Shown here: one piece after another, positions 40,575-50,773 of the stretch
Layout of the letters: every line of letters starts with the position of its first letter
How positions within the stretch are numbered: position 1 is the stretch's first letter
Origin: an uncultured Lachnospiraceae bacterium
GTDB lineage: Bacteria; Bacillota; Clostridia; Lachnospirales; Lachnospiraceae
Direction: 5' to 3'
Length of the DNA: 51,558 bases
Assembly: GCA_904395845.1 (NCBI GenBank)
Contig: CAJFOH010000009.1
Span: forward strand, 1 to 51,558
Translations under genes and position numbers: made by a program
Notes under the pieces: generated by a model
Seen by the model: only the letters and a program-made list of their open reading frames with translations
The model's database searches: none
What the model was told of the DNA's origin: nothing

Positions 40575-40677
40575 GTGTTCTCTTATTCAGAGTGGTGGAG
40601 GTAAAAGGATCTGTGAAGCCACGGCAACCCCGACAGGAAGGTGCCAACCCAAGCGAGCAATCGAACAATAAGAGCAC
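40575..40677 (+). promoter_or_regulatory. SAM-I (S-box) riboswitch aptamer
   Basis: P1 ctcttatt/aataagag, agag-tggtggag...gtgaagccac, ggcaacc...ggtgccaa core; upstream of metK; TTGACG at 40524. Confidence 0.92.
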
Positions 40678-40692
40678 GTGATATGTGATAAC

Positions 40693-40719
40693 AAAGTCCG
40701 TGCTACTGTACGGACTTTT
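40693..40719 (+). terminator. Riboswitch expression-platform terminator
   Basis: aaagtccgtgc-tact-gtacggactttt. Confidence 0.88.
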
Positions 40720-40939
40720 CTTAATTTTATTCAACATACTATTTATGAAGTAGAATCTAGTACATTATATTGTATGGGAAAAAAACATAAATCGTGTTCT
40801 ACTTATAGGATAATAAGATATCACTATGGTGTTTGATTCGTTTATGAAAAGGTATGTTTCAAGAAAGTTAGGAAAAAATAAAAGGTAATTAGTAAATGTA
40901 TAGTAGAAATAGTAGGTAGACGAAGGAAAGGAAAATAGA

Positions 40940-42142
40940 ATGGAAAAATTTTTATTTACATCAGAATCAGTAACAGAAGGACATCCAGATAAGATGTGTG
41001 ACCAAATTAGTGATGCTATTTTAGATGCATTATTAGAACAAGACCCAATGAGTCGTGTTGCTTGTGAAACTTGTACAACAACAGGTCTTGTAATGGTTAT
41101 GGGAGAAATTACAACAAAGGCATATGTAGACATTCAAAAGATTGTTCGTGATACCGTAGCTGAAATTGGTTATACAAGAGCAAAGTATGGATTTGATGCA
41201 AGCACTTGTGGTGTAATGGTTGCAATTGATGAGCAATCAGCAGATATTGCTATGGGTGTAGATAAAGCATTAGAAGCAAAAGTTTCAGAAAGCAAAGAAG
41301 TAAAAATGACAGATGATGAAATCGAAGCTATTGGAGCAGGGGATCAAGGTATGATGTTTGGTTTTGCAACAAACGAAACAGAAGAATATATGCCTTATCC
41401 AATCGCTTTAGCACACAAGTTATCAAGACAGTTAACAAAGGTTCGTAAAGATGGAACATTATCTTATTTAAGACCAGATGGAAAGACACAAGTAACAGTA
41501 GAATATGATGAAAATAGAAATCCAATTCGTTTGGACGCTGTTGTACTTTCTACACAACATGATGAAAATGTTACACAAGAGCAAATTCATGCAGATATTA
41601 AAAAGTATGTATTTGAACCAATTTTACCAGCACATATGGTAGATGATAACACAAAGTTCTTTATTAACCCAACAGGTCGTTTTGTAATTGGTGGACCACA
41701 TGGAGATAGTGGTTTAACAGGTCGTAAGATTATTGTTGATACTTATGGTGGAACTGCTCGTCATGGTGGTGGTGCGTTCTCAGGTAAGGACTGTACAAAG
41801 GTAGACCGTTCTGCAGCATACGCAGCTCGTTACGTTGCGAAAAACATTGTAGCAGCAGGATTAGCAGACCGTTGTGAAATCCAATTATCTTATGCAATTG
41901 GTGTTGCACAACCTACTTCTATCATGGTAGATACTGATGGAACAGGAAAACTTTCAGAAGAACGTTTGGTAGAAATCGTTCGTGAAAACTTCGATTTACG
42001 TCCGGCAGGAATTATTAAAATGTTAGATTTAAGACGTCCAATTTATAAGCAAACAGCGGCTTATGGACATTTTGGACGCAACGATTTAGATTTACCATGG
42101 GAACGTCTTGACAAGGTAGAAACATTAAAAAAGTATTTATAA
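40940..42142 (+). CDS. metK: S-adenosylmethionine synthetase
   Basis: [28 protein letters not shown]. Confidence 0.98.
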   Translation: MEKFLFTSESVTEGHPDKMCDQISDAILDALLEQDPMSRVACETCTTTGLVMVMGEITTKAYVDIQKIVRDTVAEIGYTRAKYGFDASTCGVMVAIDEQSADIAMGVDKALEAKVSESKEVKMTDDEIEAIGAGDQGMMFGFATNETEEYMPYPIALAHKLSRQLTKVRKDGTLSYLRPDGKTQVTVEYDENRNPIRLDAVVLSTQHDENVTQEQIHADIKKYVFEPILPAHMVDDNTKFFINPTGRFVIGGPHGDSGLTGRKIIVDTYGGTARHGGGAFSGKDCTKVDRSAAYAARYVAKNIVAAGLADRCEIQLSYAIGVAQPTSIMVDTDGTGKLSEERLVEIVRENFDLRPAGIIKMLDLRRPIYKQTAAYGHFGRNDLDLPWERLDKVETLKKYL

Positions 42143-42473
42143 ATGTATAAACAAAAACAATAGAATATTGATAAAATATTAGTAGGAAAAAGTAAGCCAA
42201 ATAAATTACAGTATGATAACTACAAACAATAACACACAATAGGATTGATGTTATATTTGACTTATAACTAAGAAAAATAAAAGGTTGTGATAATAAGTGG
42301 TTCATTATGCTGTATTTGGCTTCTTTTTATATGGGAAAAAAGTGAAAATAGCTTATAGCAATGAAAGGAAAAAAATGGTATAATAAAGCGAAATTATTCA
42401 GCCATTTTCACTTTTTAGAAATATAGATATGGATGATTGATTTACATACTGATATAAATATAGGAGAATAAAA

Positions 42474-44402
42474 ATGAAATGGAACATAGCTCCAGAATTT
42501 TGTGCGTTAGTTATAATAACAATTATATGGCTCTATGAGAAGAAAGGAAGTCATATCCCAAGCTTTAAAAATAAGGTATTTCATGGTTGTCTGATAATCA
42601 CATTTTTAGGAATTGTAAGTAGTATTGCATCTACATTAATGATAGAGCATTATACTCAAATTCCAATATGGTTGACTTGGTTAGCAACTACCATATATTT
42701 CTTATTTACCCCAGTTATGGGAATGATTTATTTTTACTATACAGCAGCAGTTATTTATACAAAGTATCGAGAAATCAAGAATATATTAATTATTGCAGGG
42801 ATTCCAACGATGCTTTATGGAATTGCTATTTTGGCTAATGTATTTACAAAAAACATATTTGATTTAACATTAGAAAATGGTTATGTAAGAGGTCCTTGGG
42901 TTTGGATTACATATATAATATTTTATTTTTATTGTTTGTTAAGTGTGGCATTGGTTGCGTATAAGCATAAAAAAGTAGAGGAAAAAACCATTCAAATCTT
43001 ACTATGCTTTCCAATTTTAGCAACAGTTATTATTGTGATTCAACAAACTCACCCAAATACTATTTTATCTGGCTTTGCTGCCAGTTGTGCATTATTAATT
43101 GTATATTTGTATTTGCAAAATAAGCAAATTTATATTGATTACTTAACAAAAATTCCAAATCGCTGGGAACTTATTAATATGCTAGACTTTATTTCACAAA
43201 ATGGAAGAAGACATAAAAAAGCAGTATTAATCGTACTATCTCTTAGAGATTTTAAAATGGTAAATGACCGTTTTGGACAACAAGTAGGAGATGCGTTCTT
43301 ACAAAAGATTAGTAAGTTTTTGTGTTTAATTAGTCCTAAGGGCAGTGTCTATCGTTTTAATGGTGATGAATTTGCAGTTTTACTGCAAGGAGATGACGCA
43401 GAAGATGTGAAACATTATGTGCGAAAAGTTCAAGATAAGATGAACCGTATGTGGAAGATAGGACAGTATAGCTCTTACTTATCTATGGCAGTTGGAATTG
43501 TTACAAGTACTGAGGGCAGAAGCGTAGAATCTATGATTCAATCTGCAGAATATGCGGTAGTAGAAGCAAAAAAAGGAAAAGATAACTATGTATGTTATTG
43601 TGATGATGCAATGTTAAGTGAAATTGAGCGTAAGAAAGTAATTGCAGATATTCTAAGACAAAAATTACAAGACAAAAGCTTTGAAATGTATTATCAACCA
43701 ATTTATGCAACTCCAGCCGATAAATTTTTATATGTGGAATCCTTAATACGAATGAACGATACACCAATTGGACCAATCTATCCATCAGAGTTTATTCCTA
43801 TTGCGGAAGAAACTGGAATTATCATTGAACTTACTTATGAGATTTTAGATAAAGTTTGTAAATTTGTAAAAAATGTATTGGATAATGAAATCCCTATTGA
43901 ATGTGTTCATGTAAACTTTTCCCCAATCCAATTTTCCCAAATAAATTTGGAAGAAAGGGTGATGAATATTATTCATGAAAATAACATTCCAAGTAGTAAG
44001 ATTAAAATCGAATTTACAGAAAGTGCAGTAGCAGAAAGTACCGATTCTGTGGTAAGATTTTCAAAATATATGAGAAGTCATGGAATTAAAATGGGACTTG
44101 ATGATTTTGGAACAGGATATTCTAATGTATCTACGGTTATGAATATTCCATTTCATGCCATTAAACTAGATAAAAGTTTGGTATGGATTGCTATGAAGGC
44201 AAAATCAGGTGAAATTATGGTACGAAATATCATTAATGCCTTTAAAGGTTTAGGTATGCAAGTCGTAGCAGAAGGAGTAGAAACAAAGGAACAGTTAGAT
44301 GCAGTTATTGATTTTGGAGTAGATCAAATTCAAGGCTATTATTTTTCCAAGCCATTGCCAAGTGATGAAGCATTGGAGTTTTTAAGAGAACATAATAAAT
44401 AA
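42474..44402 (+). CDS. 7TM-GGDEF(degenerate)-EAL protein, probable c-di-GMP phosphodiesterase
   Basis: About 7 N-terminal TM; NGDEF; ESL variant of EAL, EFTES, DDFGTG, EGVE, QGYY. Confidence 0.87.
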   Translation: MKWNIAPEFCALVIITIIWLYEKKGSHIPSFKNKVFHGCLIITFLGIVSSIASTLMIEHYTQIPIWLTWLATTIYFLFTPVMGMIYFYYTAAVIYTKYREIKNILIIAGIPTMLYGIAILANVFTKNIFDLTLENGYVRGPWVWITYIIFYFYCLLSVALVAYKHKKVEEKTIQILLCFPILATVIIVIQQTHPNTILSGFAASCALLIVYLYLQNKQIYIDYLTKIPNRWELINMLDFISQNGRRHKKAVLIVLSLRDFKMVNDRFGQQVGDAFLQKISKFLCLISPKGSVYRFNGDEFAVLLQGDDAEDVKHYVRKVQDKMNRMWKIGQYSSYLSMAVGIVTSTEGRSVESMIQSAEYAVVEAKKGKDNYVCYCDDAMLSEIERKKVIADILRQKLQDKSFEMYYQPIYATPADKFLYVESLIRMNDTPIGPIYPSEFIPIAEETGIIIELTYEILDKVCKFVKNVLDNEIPIECVHVNFSPIQFSQINLEERVMNIIHENNIPSSKIKIEFTESAVAESTDSVVRFSKYMRSHGIKMGLDDFGTGYSNVSTVMNIPFHAIKLDKSLVWIAMKAKSGEIMVRNIINAFKGLGMQVVAEGVETKEQLDAVIDFGVDQIQGYYFSKPLPSDEALEFLREHNK

Positions 44403-44449
44403 GAAAAAAGCTATAAAACAGATAGTAAGTCAGTTTTATAGCTTTTTCT
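44402..44449. terminator. Bidirectional terminator
   Basis: aaaaagctataaaac / gttttatagcttttt between convergent genes. Confidence 0.82.
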
Positions 44450-44466
44450 GTAGTATAGCTGTATTT

Positions 44467-45225
44467 TTATCTTACAGGCGCCATAAGTACTTTACCAGTG
44501 CCTCGATATACATTGACAAGCCCTTCACCAGAGGCGGCAGAGCCAATTAAGGACTTTCCAGAACGTTCCACGGTAAAGTTTAAACTTCCACTCCATGCAA
44601 TCGCCATATTTCCGTCAATTTTTACTATATCATTTTCTAAAGTAATTTCAACTAATTCTTCTTTTGGTACTGAAGACTCTAAACATAAAACACCATTTCC
44701 TTGAATACCCAAGTTAAATAAGCCTTCGTTTCCAGCCACAGCAGAAGATAGATTGGAACGCATAATTGTTTTATGTGTAAGGGAGGAGTCGCAAGCTAAA
44801 AATAGTCCATCATCTAAAACAATGCTTCCATTCCAATCTGCTACATCAAGTAAAATAAGGTGTTTGTAGGTAGGCTCTAACACTAAAGTACCATCACCAG
44901 TATATTCTGGTTTAATGGCAGATTCACCAGTCACTTTTCCACGAAGTGCTTTTCCAAAGAAATCTCCGACTCCTTTGATACCAGTAGTTGCCTGTACATT
45001 ACCTACCATCCATTGCATAGCACCTGCTTGAACAGTAACATTTGATTTACTTAAATTGCAAATGACTTGACGTTTGCGAACATTCATTTGATGACAAAAA
45101 TATGCCATTTGTGCATCGGATGGAGATACACTTAAATCACGCATATACTCAATTACAGTGAAAGCACCTAGTTGGTCTAATATGCGAATATCGTCATTGT
45201 CGGTAAAATTTTTAATATGATACAT
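44467..45225 (-). CDS. AIM24 family protein
   Basis: QAGAMQW, GEGLF/GEGLV repeats, GxG-x-L pattern three times; start ATG 45225 after AAGGAG. Confidence 0.82.
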   Translation of the reverse strand: MYHIKNFTDNDDIRILDQLGAFTVIEYMRDLSVSPSDAQMAYFCHQMNVRKRQVICNLSKSNVTVQAGAMQWMVGNVQATTGIKGVGDFFGKALRGKVTGESAIKPEYTGDGTLVLEPTYKHLILLDVADWNGSIVLDDGLFLACDSSLTHKTIMRSNLSSAVAGNEGLFNLGIQGNGVLCLESSVPKEELVEITLENDIVKIDGNMAIAWSGSLNFTVERSGKSLIGSAASGEGLVNVYRGTGKVLMAPVR

Positions 45226-45520
45226 AGAAATCACTCCTTTATTTTGTAGCATTATAATATAAAAAAATGAAATATACAAGCAATATAAGGAAATAAAGTT
45301 AAATTTAATAATCAGTTTTAGGTTAGGGTAGGAGATTTAATAAAAAATTTATAATTAATCATATTTCTTAATAAGTGAAATATTGCTTCCTATGGTATAA
45401 TAGGTAAGCAAATAGATAGGAAAGGTATGTAATAGGATTCTCGTCATAAGAATTAAGAGAATTGGTGAGATTACATATTGAAGTAACTGATAATGTTATA
45501 ATAGAAAGATGGTGTGAATA

Positions 45521-47017
45521 ATGAAGTTAAAAACTAGATTGTGTATTTCATTTTGCGCAATTTTATTTGTACCAATGCTCCTTGTTGCTATTGTAGTTCG
45601 TGGATTATTTAATTATCAGCTTCGTATGATTGAACAAACCTATAATATTGAATTGAGTAAAGATATGTTTACCCATGTGCCAATTCAATTATTAAATCGT
45701 TCTACCAAAGAGGCATTTGAAGAAATGTCACAAGTCATCGAAGAAGATACAGAGCGCATGAGAGATGTAGAGTATCTTTCTGAACTAGAAGATAGTTTAA
45801 AAAAGAAAGGAATTAGCATAGCAGTAAGAGTAGATGATGTTATTATTTTTAGTAGTGAAAACATTACCTCAATTTTAAATCAGCTACCACAATATAAATA
45901 TGAGAATGGTGGAGAGCATAATGGTATTTTATTAGAAGATGAAAGTGGCAATGGTGATAAGTTTGTAAAGCAAAAAGATTTTGTCTTTCCTTCTGACAAG
46001 GCACAAGGAAGTGTGTTCGTTGTAAAGCAGATTAATCAATGGATACCAGAGATGAAACTGCTATTTATAGAAATCGCTATTGCAGTTGTATTTGTTTTAG
46101 TGTTTACAGCTTCTGCAATGACCATGTGGATTTTTAGATCAATCTTAAAACCATTAAATACACTAAAAACAGCAACTCATAAAATTAAAAGTGGAGATTT
46201 GAACTTTGTAATTGAAGTTAATGAAAAAGATGAGATTGGTCAATTATGTAGTGATTTTGAAGAAATGAGAAAGCGATTAAAAGAATCAGCAGAAGCAAAG
46301 ATTCAGTTTGATGCAGATAACAAAGAGTTGATTAGTAATATTTCTCACGACTTAAAAACGCCAATTACAGCTATCAAAGGATATGTAGAGGGGATTATGG
46401 ATGGTGTGGCAGATACGCCAGAAAAGATGGAAAGATATATCCGTACTATCTATAATAAAGCCAATGACATGGACCATTTAATTGATGAATTAACCTTTTA
46501 TTCTAAAATTGATACCAATCGTATTCCATATACATTTTCAAAAATAAATGTAGCAGAATACTTTGGAGATTGTGCAGAAGAATTAGGACTTGATTTAGAA
46601 TCAAAGAATATTGAATTTGGTTATTATAATTATTGTGATAGAAATGTTATTATTATTGCAGATGCAGAGCAAATAAAACGAGTTATTAATAATATTATTG
46701 GTAACTCTGTAAAATATATTGATAAGCCACAAGGAAAAATCAATATACGAATTAAAGATGTTGGCGATTTTGTTCAAATAGAAATAGAAGATAATGGCAA
46801 AGGTATTGCTCAAAAAGATATTCCATATATTTTTGAACGTTTTTATCGCACCGATTCTTCCAGAAATTCAACCCAAGGTGGAAGTGGAATTGGTCTTTCT
46901 ATTGTTAGAAAAATTATTGAAGACCATGGAGGTAAAATTTGGGCAACCAGTAGAGAAGGAACAGGTACAATTATGTATTTTGTACTAAGAAAATATCAGG
47001 AGGTAACACATGAGTAA
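45521..47017 (+). CDS. Sensor histidine kinase (TM-sensor-TM-HAMP-HisKA-HATPase)
   Basis: ISHDLKTP, NIIGNSVKY, DNGKGI, FERFYR, GSGIGL. Confidence 0.95.
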   Translation: MKLKTRLCISFCAILFVPMLLVAIVVRGLFNYQLRMIEQTYNIELSKDMFTHVPIQLLNRSTKEAFEEMSQVIEEDTERMRDVEYLSELEDSLKKKGISIAVRVDDVIIFSSENITSILNQLPQYKYENGGEHNGILLEDESGNGDKFVKQKDFVFPSDKAQGSVFVVKQINQWIPEMKLLFIEIAIAVVFVLVFTASAMTMWIFRSILKPLNTLKTATHKIKSGDLNFVIEVNEKDEIGQLCSDFEEMRKRLKESAEAKIQFDADNKELISNISHDLKTPITAIKGYVEGIMDGVADTPEKMERYIRTIYNKANDMDHLIDELTFYSKIDTNRIPYTFSKINVAEYFGDCAEELGLDLESKNIEFGYYNYCDRNVIIIADAEQIKRVINNIIGNSVKYIDKPQGKINIRIKDVGDFVQIEIEDNGKGIAQKDIPYIFERFYRTDSSRNSTQGGSGIGLSIVRKIIEDHGGKIWATSREGTGTIMYFVLRKYQEVTHE

Positions 47018-47699
47018 AATTTTAATTGTAGAGGACGAAGTAAGCATTGCTGAATTAGAAAGAGATTACCTAGAATTAGGTGGATTTGAAGTTGAAATTA
47101 AAAACAATGGAAAAGAGGGGTTAGAAGCAGCTATTAATGCTGACTATGACTTATTAATTTTAGATTTAATGCTTCCGGAAGTAGACGGATTTGAAATCTG
47201 TAGAAAGGTTAGAGAAACAAAAAATACTCCAATTCTTTTAGTTTCAGCGAAAAAAGATGATATTGATAAAATTAGAGGACTTGGGTTAGGTGCTGATGAT
47301 TATATTACAAAACCTTTTAGTCCAAGTGAATTAGTAGCTAGAGTAAAGGCACATTTGGCACGTTATGAACGTTTGATTGGCTCAATGGCACAAGAAAACG
47401 AAATCATTGAAATTCGTGGAATTAAAATTGATAAGACAGCAAGACGAGTATATGTAAATGGAGAAGAAAAAGCATTTACAACAAAGGAATTCGACTTATT
47501 AACATTCCTAGCACAAAATCCAAACCATGTATTTACAAAGGAAGAATTGTTCCGTGAAATTTGGGATATGGAGTCTATTGGAGATATTGCAACAGTAACT
47601 GTTCATATTAAAAAGATTCGTGAAAAAATTGAGTTTGATACATCAAAGCCTCAATATATTGAAACCATTTGGGGCGTTGGATATCGATTTAAGGTATAA
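47010..47699 (+). CDS. OmpR/PhoB-family response regulator
   Basis: VEDE, LDLMLP, KPF, winged helix ending TIWGVGYRF; 8-nt overlap with kinase. Confidence 0.96.
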   Translation: MSKILIVEDEVSIAELERDYLELGGFEVEIKNNGKEGLEAAINADYDLLILDLMLPEVDGFEICRKVRETKNTPILLVSAKKDDIDKIRGLGLGADDYITKPFSPSELVARVKAHLARYERLIGSMAQENEIIEIRGIKIDKTARRVYVNGEEKAFTTKEFDLLTFLAQNPNHVFTKEELFREIWDMESIGDIATVTVHIKKIREKIEFDTSKPQYIETIWGVGYRFKV

Positions 47700-47725
47700 A
47701 ATTTAAAAAGAGAAATGAAATATGT

Positions 47726-47760
47726 AAGGCAGTTATAAGAAACTTATAGCTGTCTTTGTT
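47726..47760 (+). terminator. Intrinsic terminator
   Basis: aaggcagttataag-aaa-cttatagctgtctt then T-rich. Confidence 0.82.
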
Positions 47761-47819
47761 CTTTTATTTACAGCATTTTGCTTTTATTTATAGCATTGCA
47801 CTTTGTTCGTAGCAAGAAA

Positions 47820-47906
47820 ATTACATAAAATTTACACTAAAATTACAAAATTATTCCAAAAATATACACGAGTATGCTAGAGGACTTTACATAGTGTCTT
47901 TATAAT
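47820..47906 (+). promoter_or_regulatory. Pho-box-like direct repeat array with -10 boxes
   Basis: TTACA at 47821, 47832, 47843 and TTCCA at 47854 (11-bp period), ATACA 47864, TTACA 47887; -10 candidates TATGCT 47873 and TATAAT 47901. Confidence 0.75.
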
Positions 47907-47938
47907 TAAGGTATAAAAACAAATCTTAGGAGGACATT

Positions 47939-49597
47939 ATGAGAAAAAAAGCATTGGCAGTTATTTGCATAGGAGCAATGATATTATCTACAATGACAGG
48001 ATGTACAACAAATGATTCCAGTAAGGCAGAGAATAATCAAACTCAAGCAAGTAATAAGGAAAGTGTAACGGAAACAGGAAGTAGCGAAGAAAACAATGGA
48101 CAAGAAAAAGAAAATGAAGGCACAGCTCCAAAGTATATCTTCATGTTTATTGGTGATGGAATGAGCTATCCACAAATTCAATTAACGAACTATTATTTAA
48201 GTGCAGTCAATGAAAAGGCAAACAATGAAAAAATAGTAGTTAATGGAGAAGAACAAACAGTATTAAAAAGCGAAAACCACCTTGCGATGTTAAATTTTGA
48301 TGTAGCAGGCTCAGCACAAACCTATGATAGCACTTCATTTGCACCAGATTCCGCTTCCACAGCAACTTCCATTGCAACAGGAAATAAAACATGGAGTGGA
48401 AGTATTAATGTAAGCGAAGACTTTGCAACAGAATATGAAACTATTGCAGAACAGTTAAAAGAACAAAAGGGGTATAAGATAGGAGTGATTTCTTCTGTAA
48501 ACTTAAATCATGCAACACCGGCAGCATTTTATGCTCATCAAGCGTCAAGAAATAGCTACTATGAAATTGGACTTGAGTTAATTGAAAGTGATTTTGATTA
48601 CTTTGCAGGTGGAAATTTAAAACAGACTACAGGGAAAAACAAAGACCAAGCAGATTTATATACATTAGCAGAGGAATCAGGATATAAAGTAGTAAAAACA
48701 ACAGAAGAAGCAAAAAATCTAACAAAAGAAGATGGAAAGGTAATTGTAGTAGAAGAACATTTGGCAGATGGAGATTCTATGCCTTATGATATTGATTTAG
48801 AAGAAGGACAATGGGCGCTTGCTGATTATGTAGAAAAAGGAATTGAATTATTAGACAATGAAAATGGATTTTTTATGGCGGTAGAAGGTGGAAAAATTGA
48901 CTGGGCTTGTCATGCTAATGATGCAGCATCAACCATTCAAGATACCATTGCTCTTGATCGTGCCGTACAAAAGGCAGTAGAATTTTATAAGGAACATCCA
49001 GAAGAAACACTAATTTTAGTAACTGGTGATCATGAAACAGGTGGTTTAACTATTGGATATGCAGGGACAAACTATGATACATTCTTACAAAATATGGATA
49101 GTCAAACCATTTCTTATGCAAAGTTTGATGAAGAATACGTTGCAAATTATAAGGAAAACAAAACAGACTTTGATACAGTCATGAAAGATATTACAGAGTT
49201 ATTTGGACTTGAAGTGCCAACGGAGAATGGAAATGATGGAACTTCTCAAAAGGATAATGCAGACTCCCATCCAGATTCCAATGATACGGGTGCGTTAGTG
49301 ATGACACAGTATGAATATGACAACTTAAAAAAGGCATATGAAGAAACTATGAGCCGTACAGGAGAGGAAGAGGAGTTTTCTCAAGAGGAATACATTTTAT
49401 ATGGTAGCTATGAGCCATTAACTGTAACGATAACACATATTTTAAATAACAAAAGTGGTATCAACTTTGGTTCATATGCTCATACAGGACTTCCAGTTGA
49501 AGTTCTTGTTCATGGAAATGGTTCAGAACTTTTTGACGGTTATTATGATAATACAGATATTTATCATAAGTTAGCACAGTTGACAGGAGTAGAATAA
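47939..49597 (+). CDS. Alkaline phosphatase (PhoA family), lipoprotein
   Basis: MTGC lipobox; IGDGM, PDSAS (catalytic Ser), HATPA, EGGKIDWACH, GDHETGG, AHTG. Confidence 0.93.
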   Translation: MRKKALAVICIGAMILSTMTGCTTNDSSKAENNQTQASNKESVTETGSSEENNGQEKENEGTAPKYIFMFIGDGMSYPQIQLTNYYLSAVNEKANNEKIVVNGEEQTVLKSENHLAMLNFDVAGSAQTYDSTSFAPDSASTATSIATGNKTWSGSINVSEDFATEYETIAEQLKEQKGYKIGVISSVNLNHATPAAFYAHQASRNSYYEIGLELIESDFDYFAGGNLKQTTGKNKDQADLYTLAEESGYKVVKTTEEAKNLTKEDGKVIVVEEHLADGDSMPYDIDLEEGQWALADYVEKGIELLDNENGFFMAVEGGKIDWACHANDAASTIQDTIALDRAVQKAVEFYKEHPEETLILVTGDHETGGLTIGYAGTNYDTFLQNMDSQTISYAKFDEEYVANYKENKTDFDTVMKDITELFGLEVPTENGNDGTSQKDNADSHPDSNDTGALVMTQYEYDNLKKAYEETMSRTGEEEEFSQEEYILYGSYEPLTVTITHILNNKSGINFGSYAHTGLPVEVLVHGNGSELFDGYYDNTDIYHKLAQLTGVE

Positions 49598-50740
49598 ATG
49601 AAACCATTTATGAAAGCCCATAAAAAGTTTTTTCTTACAACCATTATAGGCATTGTTCTTATTTGTATTCTCATAGCCATTCCAACAGGCTATGAGGATG
49701 CCCTTATCTATAAAGGAACTGAGAGAGCAGTGGCACAGGTGATAGAAGTTGATAATTCTATGATAAAAAACTCAGGACTAATTAATTCAGGGGAGCAGAT
49801 GTGTGTCCTTAAAGTAGAAGATGGAGCATATAAGGGTGAGGAAATAGAAGGAGTAAACTTTTTAAGTGGCTCTTTGGAAAAAGATAAAATATTTCAAGTA
49901 GGAGATAAGGCACTAATTACCATTAGTGAAGTTGATGGCGAAATTGCTTCCGTTATTATGTCAGACCATTATCGTTTGGGAAAAGAGTGTATTTTGTTAG
50001 TTTTATTTGCCATATTTTTAGTGTTATTTGCAGGAAAAAATGGGCTACAAGCAATTTACTCCTTTGTAATAACAATCCTTATGATATGGAAACTATTAGT
50101 ACCAGCATATTTAAATGGGTACAATCCAGTATGGATAGGAATGGCAATAACTGTGTGTTTAACTGGTATTATTATTTTATTTGTTTATGGATTTGAACGT
50201 CGTACCATAGTAGCCACCTTAGGCTCATTGCTTGGTATTATTACAACTGCCATTCTAGGAATATTGTTTACAGAATTATTTCAAATTCATGGGGCAGTAA
50301 TGACAGATTCTGAATCATTGTTATATAGTGGCTATCAAAACTTAGATTTAACAGCTATTTTTATGAGTGGAATCTTTATTGGTGCTTCTGGAGCAATGAT
50401 GGATTTATCCGTAGACATTACATCTGCCATTTATGAAGTAGTAGAGAAAAAGCCAACGATATGCTGGAGAGAAGCCACAAAATCAGGAATGAATGTAGGT
50501 AGGGCAGCCATGGGAACCATGACAACCACCCTTTTACTTGCCTATTCTGGTGGATATATTTCTCTTTTAATGGTATTTATGGCACAAGGAACCCCTATTG
50601 ACCATATTCTAAATTATAAGTATGTGGCAGCGGAAATACTTGATACGGTAGTAGGAAGTTTTGGACTTGTAACCGTTGCTCCGTTTACAGCATTGGTAGG
50701 AGGGGTGCTTTTGACAAGAAAGCAGGAGAGAGTAAAATAG
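49598..50740 (+). CDS. YibE/F family membrane protein
   Basis: N-terminal TM + small soluble domain + multi-TM; GAMMDLSVDI, GTMTTTLLLAY; abuts phosphatase stop (TAAATG). Confidence 0.85.
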   Translation: MKPFMKAHKKFFLTTIIGIVLICILIAIPTGYEDALIYKGTERAVAQVIEVDNSMIKNSGLINSGEQMCVLKVEDGAYKGEEIEGVNFLSGSLEKDKIFQVGDKALITISEVDGEIASVIMSDHYRLGKECILLVLFAIFLVLFAGKNGLQAIYSFVITILMIWKLLVPAYLNGYNPVWIGMAITVCLTGIIILFVYGFERRTIVATLGSLLGIITTAILGILFTELFQIHGAVMTDSESLLYSGYQNLDLTAIFMSGIFIGASGAMMDLSVDITSAIYEVVEKKPTICWREATKSGMNVGRAAMGTMTTTLLLAYSGGYISLLMVFMAQGTPIDHILNYKYVAAEILDTVVGSFGLVTVAPFTALVGGVLLTRKQERVK

Positions 50741-50773
50741 ATATATATCAACGTAAGCCATTTCTTGTAATAA

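Noticed and set aside
45521-47699. Naming the HK-RR pair phoR/phoP
   Set aside because: Adjacency only; gene order and domain content do not match canonical PhoPR, and a terminator separates it from the phosphatase
47761-47797. Direct repeat cttttatttaYagcatt x2 at 20-nt period
   Set aside because: Local duplication in an AT-rich terminator tail; no further support
50741-50773. Attachment site next to the integrase
   Set aside because: No tRNA or duplicated core visible; the other end lies outside the window
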